Notes under the pieces: generated by a model | Databases searched by the model: none | The model's input: the letters and a program-made list of their open reading frames with translations, nothing else | Told to the model about the DNA's origin: nothing | Made by a program: the position numbers and the translations under genes | Part shown: one piece after another, positions 1 through 5,615 of the stretch | How the letters are laid out: every line of letters starts with the position of its first letter | Numbering within the stretch: the stretch's first letter is position 1 | Sequence record: NC_003311.2 | Length of the DNA stretch: 6,834 bases | Direction: 5' to 3' (one strand) | Origin: Vibrio phage VSKK

Positions 1-251
1 CTAGAGAGATTGATACTAAATTAACTTTTTATCACGTTTATATTAGTGCTTATCAGGATGACCAATTCTCTTTTTCTCTTAACAATATAGATTTAGAAAA
101 GATGGGTTATCAATTCGAGGCTTTAACGGAGTGCGTTTATCGTATTACTTGGGGCTCTAACTCCTGTGTCATTACCTGTATTGATGAAAGCCGATTTAAT
201 CAACAAAAGGCCGAAACGGTATTCGACCATGTTCCTAAACTTGGTATTTAG
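1..251 (+). CDS. zot: C-terminal part of the Zot/pI-like assembly protein; continues 5931..6834 across the circular junction. First full codon starts at 3, stop TAG at 249..251
   Basis: Open frame from position 3: REIDTKLTFYHVYISAYQDDQFSFSLNNIDLEKMGYQFEALTECVYRITWGSNSCVITCIDESRFNQQKAETVFDHVPKLGI*. Base 6834 plus bases 1-2 form a TCT codon that links it in phase to the frame starting at 5931. Confidence 0.8.
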   Translation, partial: REIDTKLTFYHVYISAYQDDQFSFSLNNIDLEKMGYQFEALTECVYRITWGSNSCVITCIDESRFNQQKAETVFDHVPKLGI

Positions 252-650
252 TAAGAAATTGCCGCAGGCAATCCGTAGGACGGGGCAACGCGCTAGCGTT
301 GGGCAAGTTTCGCGCAGGGAGTGGCAGCCCCGCAGGGACTAGGCCATAACGTTAGCTCCAACACACTCTGAACGTATGCTACTGCATAGCCGAAACACTC
401 CAATCGTTCGCGGCGGTTCGCTTGATTGCTAAAGCGCGCCAGTCAGTCAAGTGATCATCGATAGTGGTTGGCAGCATTCTCGCGAACTGTCCACAACTAG
501 GCGCGGCGAGTGTCGAGCAAGCCATATTTCATTCGTTAGGCGCTTTCTGGAGGGGCCCATTGGAGGACACGGAGCGCACAACCCCCGTAGACTGTATCAC
601 GGGGGTAGATCCACCATACTCCTTGATCCTCACCGTATAAATCCCTAAAA
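252..650. other. GC-rich non-coding intergenic block with many short hairpins and short direct repeats; candidate replication origin and/or packaging-signal region
   Basis: No convincing ORF on either strand. Line 301-360 hand-counts to 38/60 G+C, well above the flanking genes. Hairpins: 258-263/267-272 (ATTGCC/GGCAAT), 286-291/296-301 (CAACGC/GCGTTG), 581-588/599-606. CGCAGG occurs three times (263-268, 313-318, 331-336). Its position after the last morphogenesis gene matches the usual inovirus intergenic region. Confidence 0.5.
581..606. repeat. GC-rich stem-loop: 8-bp stem ACCCCCGT / ACGGGGGT with a 10-nt loop
   Basis: Perfect inverted repeat read directly: 581-588 acccccgt, loop 589-598 agactgtatc, 599-606 acgggggt. 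Function is not established. Confidence 0.6.
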
Positions 651-1106
651 AAATAGAGCTACTGCCTCCCTGCTTTTACTTAATCCCTTTGATTCTAGCC
701 ATAGCTCTAGCGTACTTGAGAAGTTTAGAACGTGTCATTGCATCGTCTGGTGCTTGTATTTTGCAAGATTAGCGATTAGCGGCTAATAACTGCTGTGGTG
801 CTACCCTGTCACTGTTGGCCAAGCTTCCCCTTCCATCCTAAATCCCCACCACTCATCACCGTAATACAGCTCTTTTCTGCCTGCTGCCATCTCATCAGCC
901 TCTTGCAAATCGGTGGTATCTTCTCTCCCCTGCTCCATTGCTTGACCTCGCCTCACAGTTTTAAAACAAAGTTTTCCGCGCCTTCTTCAACGCTTAAACC
1001 GCATTCAAATTCACGAAAAACAAAATTCTTTGCTCATTTCGCTTCGATTCATTGATAAAACTGCCAAAAGTCGGAAGTTTTATACAGCATTTGAATTTAT
1101 AGCAAC

Positions 1107-1135
1107 TTTTACCATAAGCCGACATAATGCGAAGT
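1107..1135 (-). other. dif-like XerC/XerD recombination site (candidate phage attP)
   Basis: Reverse complement is ACTTCGCATTA-TGTCGGC-TTATGGTAAAA. V. cholerae dif1, as I recall it, is AGTGCGCATTA-TGTATG-TTATGTTAAAT. Each 11-nt arm matches 9/11, and the central region here is 7 nt rather than 6. The site lies in non-coding DNA downstream of the repressor gene. Confidence 0.75.
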
Positions 1136-1147
1136 AAGAACTCGTAA

Positions 1148-1265
1148 CTGATGACACCGCTAGACCACCGCAAGCTTGATATTGCTTCTTAATCTAGCCG
1201 CCAAGCTTGGCTGATTGACACCGCTAGACCACCGCAAAGCATTGATATTGTTCTTAATCCTAGCC
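1148..1265. repeat. Imperfect direct repeat, copy 1 at 1148..1199 and copy 2 at 1211..1265, with the palindrome CCAAGCTTGG (1201..1210) between them
   Basis: Copy 1: ctgatgacaccgctagaccaccgcaagcttgatattgcttcttaatctagcc. Copy 2: ctgattgacaccgctagaccaccgcaaagcattgatattgttcttaatcctagcc. They differ by a few substitutions and 1-nt indels. Each copy contains an internal CACCGC..CACCGC sub-repeat. Confidence 0.85.
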
Positions 1266-1530
1266 CGTTTTGCTTTTTTGCTATGCTTTCCCAAATCGCT
1301 TTTATGCGTGGGTTTTCGTTGCGGTCTGCGTGACATCCTAACAGTGCGATTTCAGGGTCAATTCCTGCTGATTCAGCTAAAAAAATTGCTTCTTCATCAG
1401 ATATATACCTAACTCCAGTTCTCATTTTGCTTATTTTCTGTGGCGACAAGTTCAAGTCGTGTGCAATTTGCTTGTCTTGTACGTAGTTTTTTGCCTTTTG
1501 TAGGGCGTCTAACAGTTCATTTGCATACAT
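1189..1530 (-). CDS. HTH DNA-binding transcriptional repressor, 113 aa; functional analogue of RstR, transcribed divergently from the replication module
   Basis: Strong SD on the minus strand (AAGGAGGG, complement of 1537..1544) 6 nt upstream of the ATG at 1530. Helix-turn-helix-like segment KQIAHDLNLSPQKISKMRTGVRYIS (about 1399..1473). Orientation and position are typical of inovirus lysogeny repressors. Confidence 0.8.
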   Translation of the reverse strand: MYANELLDALQKAKNYVQDKQIAHDLNLSPQKISKMRTGVRYISDEEAIFLAESAGIDPEIALLGCHADRNENPRIKAIWESIAKKQNGLGLRTISMLCGGLAVSISQAWRLD

Positions 1531-1699
1531 ATTTATCCCTCCTTTTCTTTTCTATCATAGCTTGCCATCCCCAATTTGCGCTATTTACAATCCCCAAAAA
1601 TTGGGACTAGAATCCCCATAAATCGTAATTTGGTCCACCTTGGGCGCTAGACCTTAACTCTTCCCTTGGTGGTCTCCCCAACCAGTTAAGGCGGTTATC
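1531..1699. promoter_or_regulatory. Divergent control region between the repressor and the replication/structural operon, with three ATCCCCA repeats as candidate operators
   Basis: ATCCCCA at 1567-1573, 1590-1596 and 1612-1618 (spacing 23 and 22 bp), each followed by an A/T-rich tail. Tentative plus-strand promoter: TTGCCA (1562-1567), 18-nt spacer, TACAAT (1586-1591), overlapping the repeats. Inverted repeat CCTTAACT (1652-1659) / AGTTAAGG (1684-1691). Confidence 0.5.
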
Positions 1700-1933
1700 A
1701 TGGCAAATTCAGCAAATTCAAAGAAACAAACCCTATCACAAGTCTGGTTAACCCATTTGGTGACCATCCAGGTTAACTTCTGGGCGGCTCTTCCTCGCTT
1801 TCTTGCTTACGGCGGCTTTAATTCGGATGGTTCTCAGCGCTTCTCAGTGACTTCTGTTTCTACTGATGCCCACAAAATGCCGCTTCCTACTGCAAACGCC
1901 ATCTTACCCAAGATTAAGGTAATTGGCCTCTAG
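1700..1933 (+). CDS. Hypothetical small phage protein, 77 aa
   Basis: ATG preceded by AAGGCGG, with 5 nt between them. It is the first gene of the rightward operon. The N-terminus carries a perfect tandem 9-nt duplication (ANS-ANS). No family recognised. Confidence 0.55.
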   Translation: MANSANSKKQTLSQVWLTHLVTIQVNFWAALPRFLAYGGFNSDGSQRFSVTSVSTDAHKMPLPTANAILPKIKVIGL

Positions 1934-1969
1934 CTCAGATTTCCTATCAGGTTAAGTAAGGTCGCTATC

Positions 1970-2521
1970 ATGGGTGATTTCATCTACTACGACAACGAAC
2001 CCAACATCGGGATCAACGTGTATTTCGTTTGGGGGCATCGTTTCTTTAAAACTGGCCTGAGTTTTGAGCAATACCTTGCCATTCACTATGGCGCTGACCC
2101 ATATCAACAGGTTGAAATCACTAACGAAAAGCTACAACAACGAATTGCTGTTAAAGGGGGTCTTTCATGCCATGTAAGCACCCTCACCATGATACGGTTC
2201 GCCCTGTCAAAGTTGACCACTTGGCTTTTACTTTCGCCTATGCGGACTTGCGCCACTTGGACAAAAGCAACGACCAAGACTTTATCAATCTACAGATGCC
2301 CGTTTATCACGAGCCAAAGACCCGAACCAAGGAACAAGGCGCGGTGTGCTCTACCTTGGAACAAATCGAGCATCATATGGAAGCGCACCGAAACAAAGTG
2401 TCCAAGATGCTCTTTCATCGCTTTGATTTGTTCATGTCCAAAATCATGGGCTTTCGCTTATCGCCTATGCGTGGTCGTGGCCTTCATGGTTACAACGATT
2501 CTATGGTCATTCTCGATATGA
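1970..2521 (+). CDS. Hypothetical protein; 183-aa ORF as the sequence stands, but probably only the first ~61-68 codons are genuine
   Basis: ATG preceded by TAAGG. The first ~61 residues (MGDFIYYDNEPNIGINVYFVWGHRFFKTGLSFEQYLAIHYGADPYQQVEITNEKLQQRIAV) look protein-like. The rest overlaps the Rep gene out of frame and is Cys/Trp/Arg/Thr-rich. One fewer G in the G5 run at 2156-2160 would end the ORF at TAA 2175-2177 (68 aa). Confidence 0.4.
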   Translation: MGDFIYYDNEPNIGINVYFVWGHRFFKTGLSFEQYLAIHYGADPYQQVEITNEKLQQRIAVKGGLSCHVSTLTMIRFALSKLTTWLLLSPMRTCATWTKATTKTLSIYRCPFITSQRPEPRNKARCALPWNKSSIIWKRTETKCPRCSFIALICSCPKSWAFAYRLCVVVAFMVTTILWSFSI

Positions 2522-3270
2522 CCGGACAAGTTGAGTGTGGCCTTGTCGGAATTGGCGGAAACAACGATACCGTTTTTGTCCAAATCAACGGCACGGGGTG
2601 CACCAAACTTTTCGACCGTATCGACTCTAAGAAGCTTCATTGGTGGCTCGCTCAGGTTCTTGGCATTACTCGCTTAGTTCGTCTCGACTTGGCCGTGGAC
2701 GATTACACCGGAAACTTCGACGCCAAGTATGCAGAGAAATGTTTTTATGAGGGAGCATTTCGCACTGCTCCAAGGGGTCAAGGTCCCTCAATGGTTCCTC
2801 ATAAACGCATTACAGAAAACGGCGCTTTGATGGAAGAAGCTACGATTGTTGGCTCTCGTTCCTCGGCGATTTACTGGCGTATCTACAACAAAAAGCTTGA
2901 GCAAAAAATTACTGACCCTGACCTGATTTGGTATCGAAACGAGGTTGAGCTGAAAAAGTGCGATATCGAGCTTTTAGCCAACCCTGCCGCCTCTTTTGCG
3001 GGTATCTGCCCTTTCGCGGCCTCTATCGAGTGTACGCCTCCGGTTAAGTTTTCTCGCAACAAAAAGGCTCAAGGTCTTGAATTTATGGCTCGCATCGCAT
3101 GGGTTCGCCGTCAATGTGGCGTGGCGTTAGCGGAAGTTATCGCTATGACGCAAGGCGATTTAGGCGAAGCATTCGGGATGCTTATCCCTCACAAACATAG
3201 ACGCCCTGACTTTGAATTGCTCGGCGTTCCTGATTCATACGCACAACTGAAAAACACACTATGGAGTTAA
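2167..3270 (+). CDS. rstA: Rolling-circle replication initiator, RstA-like (Rep_trans family), 367 aa
   Basis: SD AGGGGG 6 nt upstream of the ATG. N-terminal VDHLAFTF. Motifs GGNNDTVFVQINGTGC, RLDLAVDD (2680..2703), YWRIYNKK (2872..2895) and RNEVELKK (2935..2958) are typical of phage/plasmid Rep_trans initiators such as CTXphi RstA. Confidence 0.9.
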   Translation: MPCKHPHHDTVRPVKVDHLAFTFAYADLRHLDKSNDQDFINLQMPVYHEPKTRTKEQGAVCSTLEQIEHHMEAHRNKVSKMLFHRFDLFMSKIMGFRLSPMRGRGLHGYNDSMVILDMTGQVECGLVGIGGNNDTVFVQINGTGCTKLFDRIDSKKLHWWLAQVLGITRLVRLDLAVDDYTGNFDAKYAEKCFYEGAFRTAPRGQGPSMVPHKRITENGALMEEATIVGSRSSAIYWRIYNKKLEQKITDPDLIWYRNEVELKKCDIELLANPAASFAGICPFAASIECTPPVKFSRNKKAQGLEFMARIAWVRRQCGVALAEVIAMTQGDLGEAFGMLIPHKHRRPDFELLGVPDSYAQLKNTLWS

Positions 3271-3274
3271 GGTA

Positions 3275-3604
3275 ATGGCTAACATCACTGGTATCGTCAT
3301 CAAAACATTCCCCAAGTCGGGAACCACTATTGCAGAGCTAAACGTTCTGCGTCCTGTTGAAACCGTCAACGTTGAGAAGTTTGCTCAATACGGTTTAGGG
3401 CTAAACACGGATATTCCTTTCAACAAGCAGCCGCTGCGTATCGAACCTACTTACGCCAAGCGTTTGATTGAAACACGCGCTTTTGTTCCTAACCGTGAAT
3501 ATGACATTCGCTTTGGTAGTAACCCTGACGACCCATTGGAAGTCGTTGCTGTTGAGCTCATCCCCAAGGATGACGACCTGAAAAAATACTTACTGAAACA
3601 CTGA
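3275..3604 (+). CDS. Putative ssDNA-binding protein (gV/RstB position), 109 aa
   Basis: Starts 4 nt after the Rep stop, with GGAG/AAGG upstream, which suggests translational coupling. Size and position immediately after Rep match inovirus ssDNA-binding proteins. The assignment rests on synteny, not on a recognised motif. Confidence 0.7.
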   Translation: MANITGIVIKTFPKSGTTIAELNVLRPVETVNVEKFAQYGLGLNTDIPFNKQPLRIEPTYAKRLIETRAFVPNREYDIRFGSNPDDPLEVVAVELIPKDDDLKKYLLKH

Positions 3605-3621
3605 AAAAGTAAGGAAGTTTT

Positions 3622-3864
3622 ATGCCTGTGTGCGCTCTCCCAAATAGTCAGGGATTCCTAGCGGTTACTGACAAGCCACTGAATGAATGTGACGGCGGTT
3701 ATGTTGCTGTCACTATTCAGGATTACGACTACTTGATGAGCACACGCATAACCCCAACCGATGCAGGTCTGGCCTTTAGTTTTGGTTTTATGGCTGTATT
3801 TGCTCTCGGTTATCTGTCCACCTATGCCGTCTATGTCGGCAAAAAACTCATTAACCTTTTATAG
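3622..3864 (+). CDS. Small membrane-anchored protein, 80 aa; possible minor virion or assembly protein
   Basis: SD AAGGAAG upstream of the ATG. C-terminal hydrophobic segment AGLAFSFGFMAVFALGYLSTYAVYVG followed by basic KK. Lies directly upstream of the major coat gene. Confidence 0.65.
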   Translation: MPVCALPNSQGFLAVTDKPLNECDGGYVAVTIQDYDYLMSTRITPTDAGLAFSFGFMAVFALGYLSTYAVYVGKKLINLL

Positions 3865-3874
3865 GAGTTCCACT

Positions 3875-4009
3875 ATGCAAGAAATTTTCGCTGCAATCGA
3901 CTTTGCTGGTATCGCTGCTCTCGTTACTGCTGCTGGTGTTGCCATCATTGGCATCAACATGGCTTTCAAAGGCATCACTCTCGGCAAACGCGCTGTTAAC
4001 AAAGCCTAA
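3875..4009 (+). CDS. Major coat protein (gVIII-like), 44 aa, no signal peptide
   Basis: AGGAG at 3863-3867, 7 nt upstream of the ATG at 3875. MQEIFAAIDFAGIAALVTAAGVAIIGINMAFKGITLGKRAVNKA has an acidic N-terminus, a hydrophobic core and a basic C-terminus, the classic inovirus coat layout. The upstream in-frame ATG at 3761 in the ORF track overlaps the preceding gene and lacks an SD. Confidence 0.85.
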   Translation: MQEIFAAIDFAGIAALVTAAGVAIIGINMAFKGITLGKRAVNKA

Positions 4010-4023
4010 TCGGTAACTGAACT

Positions 4024-4113
4024 ATGCTTATTGCCCTGCATGATATTCAGTTAATTATTTTCGCGTTGCTGGGTGGCATGTCGGGTTTTATAGCTGCTCT
4101 CAACTTCCGATAA
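4024..4113 (+). CDS. 29-aa hydrophobic peptide; possible minor coat protein of the g7/g9 type
   Basis: Not in the ORF track because it is short. It translates as MLIALHDIQLIIFALLGGMSGFIAALNFR* with stop TAA at 4111-4113. A single hydrophobic helix between the coat and pIII genes is the position small minor coat proteins occupy in inoviruses. The SD is weak. Confidence 0.5.
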   Translation: MLIALHDIQLIIFALLGGMSGFIAALNFR

Positions 4114-4355
4114 CAAACGTAACGCCCCTTTTTTTATGGTTATGTTTATGCGCAAATTATTTATTATCTCTCTGGTCATTAGCTTATATTTTACCGCTCT
4201 CCCTGCTTTCGCTGCCTATCAGTTACCTTTTGACCAAACAAAGACTTTTCCAATGTTCAGGCCGCTGCTGAGTATTATGCTAATTTACTTGGTGGTACTT
4301 CATGTAAGGCTGACGGTAACAGGTTTATAGAGTTAAACTATTAGCGACCCCTCTT

Positions 4356-5513
4356 TTGTTATTCAACAAGAAACCTATTTGGACAACAAATGTCAGGTCT
4401 TTTCATCGAAAGGGGGATATCAGCGTTACTCTTATTGTTGTTGATGATCCTACCACCTGCGAGGCTTCAAAAGGTCAAACAGGAAAAGTCGGTTGGAATT
4501 CTTACTTCTGGGGCTCGGCAACTCCATCCCGTTATATCTGCTCTTCTGCTTATGGTGGTTGTGTTGCCCTCACTGGTGACCATTTATGTATTAATATTGA
4601 CCCTGAAGCATTGAAAAATGACCCGTCTCTTTATGATTGCGATGCTCTCTATATCGTTCAGGATACTCCTTGTTCCCCTTCTGGTGATTATCCATTTTGT
4701 ACCGATGAGAATTGCTCTTCTTTTCTTCCTGAGCCGAATCCTAACCCTAACCCTGAACCAGAGCCGGAGCCAGAACCCCAACCAGACCCAGAACACAATC
4801 CCTCTGACCCGACAGCGCCACTCCCTGGCTCTGGCGGTGAAGTCATTAACCCTACTGTTCCTCCTAAACCACCGACCGAGGAAACGCCTAAGCCTGACGT
4901 AGAAACACCAGACCCTACACCTGATTCAAATTCTGACGTTGTTCAATCTGTTACCGGAATGAATGAGGATATGAACGAGTTATTAACTCGACTCAATTCT
5001 GACAACAACAAGCAGCTTGATGATGTTAACAATCAGCTCTTGCAGCTCAATACACAATCACAACGTATCGTTGCTCAGATTGCCAAACAGGAAAAACAAG
5101 ATGCGGCCATCTACGAAAATACAAAGGCACTTATCCAGAACCTTAACAAAGACGTGACCACGGCCGTTAACAAAACCACCAATGCCGTTAATGCTTTGGG
5201 CTCTAAAGTTGATGGCTTATCCGATGCCGTCGATGGTCTTGGTGAAGATGTATCAGCAATAAAAGATGCAATTACTAATGTTGATACTTCTGGGGCTGGT
5301 ATTTCTGGCACTTGTATAGAGTCTGACACTTGTACGGGGTTTTATGAATCTGGTTATCCTGATGGTATTTCAGGCATATTTTCACAGCATTTTGAAACCG
5401 TCTCTGAAAGTGTTCATGATACCGTCAAAGACTTTATGAAAATTGATTTATCTCACGCTCAAAGGCCATCATTTTCTATTCCAGTTCTCCACTTTGGGAA
5501 ATTTCAGCTTTGA
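4356..5513 (+). CDS. Largest uninterrupted frame of the pIII-like gene as the sequence stands (385 codons from a TTG)
   Basis: Long open frame holding the Cys-rich domain, the PEPNPNPNPEPEPEPEPQPDP linker and a Gln/Asn/Asp-rich helical region. It has no ATG, SD or signal peptide of its own, so it is unlikely to be an independent gene. Confidence 0.55.
   Translation: MLFNKKPIWTTNVRSFHRKGDISVTLIVVDDPTTCEASKGQTGKVGWNSYFWGSATPSRYICSSAYGGCVALTGDHLCINIDPEALKNDPSLYDCDALYIVQDTPCSPSGDYPFCTDENCSSFLPEPNPNPNPEPEPEPEPQPDPEHNPSDPTAPLPGSGGEVINPTVPPKPPTEETPKPDVETPDPTPDSNSDVVQSVTGMNEDMNELLTRLNSDNNKQLDDVNNQLLQLNTQSQRIVAQIAKQEKQDAAIYENTKALIQNLNKDVTTAVNKTTNAVNALGSKVDGLSDAVDGLGEDVSAIKDAITNVDTSGAGISGTCIESDTCTGFYESGYPDGISGIFSQHFETVSESVHDTVKDFMKIDLSHAQRPSFSIPVLHFGKFQL
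4728..4927 (+). repeat. Low-complexity Pro/Glu/Asn/Asp-rich linker coding region within the pIII-like gene
   Basis: Degenerate 6-nt periodicity (ccgaat cctaac cctaac cctgaa ccagag ccggag ccagaa ccccaa ccagac ccagaa). Encodes PEPNPNPNPEPEPEPEPQPDPEHNPSDPTAPLPGSGGEVINPTVPPKPPTEETPKPDVETPDPTPDS. It parallels the flexible inter-domain linkers of Ff pIII. Confidence 0.7.
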
Positions 5514-5615
5514 CGATTATATAAATCTTGATTGGATTTTTGGCAAAGTTCGCGTGTCGATGATGGTTTCAACTGCTTTTCTATGTCGCAAAATAATATT
5601 TGGGGGCGGGGCTAT

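Noticed and set aside
252-360. Possible integron attC/VCR-like site (ATAAC-GTTAGC around 346-356)
   Set aside because: No proper R''/L''...L'/R' inverted core architecture. GTTAGCT does not fit GTTRRRY. It does not resemble the V. cholerae repeat consensus as I recall it.
451-648. 65-aa plus-strand ORF from the track (GTG start)
   Set aside because: It lies inside the GC-rich structured block. The product is Arg/Gly/His-rich and low in complexity. There is no SD and the start is non-ATG. Most likely it is a chance open frame in GC-rich DNA.
795-1055. 86-aa plus-strand ORF from the track
   Set aside because: The product is Pro/Ser/His/Cys-rich and does not look like a folded or membrane protein. 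There is no SD. The opposite strand gives more protein-like translation.
1215-1412. 65-aa plus-strand ORF antisense to the repressor gene
   Set aside because: It is a shadow ORF fully inside a well-supported minus-strand gene. There is no SD, and the product is Leu/Phe-rich and low in complexity.
2150-2170. Programmed -1 ribosomal frameshift fusing the 1970 ORF to Rep at AAAGGGGG
   Set aside because: The Rep frame is closed by TAA at 2152-2154, immediately upstream. The zero-frame codons (AAA GGG GGT) do not form a canonical X XXY YYZ slippery heptamer. Rep has its own SD and ATG.
2458-2640. 60-aa minus-strand ORF inside the Rep gene
   Set aside because: Antisense shadow within a confidently assigned CDS, with no initiation signals.
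3761-3874. N-terminal extension of the coat ORF (82-aa version in the track)
   Set aside because: It overlaps the preceding gene by about 100 nt and lacks an SD. The internal ATG at 3875 has a well-spaced AGGAG and yields a textbook 44-aa coat protein.
4129-4135. T7 run after the 29-aa ORF as an intrinsic terminator
   Set aside because: No G+C-rich stem precedes it; I found no complement to GCCCC within 40 nt. It more likely belongs to the spacer or initiation region of the pIII-like gene.
4390-4902. Alternative-frame plus ORFs 4390..4614 and 4618..4902, and the minus ORF 4584..4796
   Set aside because: The products are Leu/Ile/Arg-rich shadows of the pIII region and of the periodic linker repeat. 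None is needed for the reconstructed pIII reading path.
5111-5329. 72-aa minus-strand ORF inside pIII
   Set aside because: Antisense to the helical Ala/Asp/Val-rich pIII segment, which tends to stay open on the opposite strand. There are no initiation signals.
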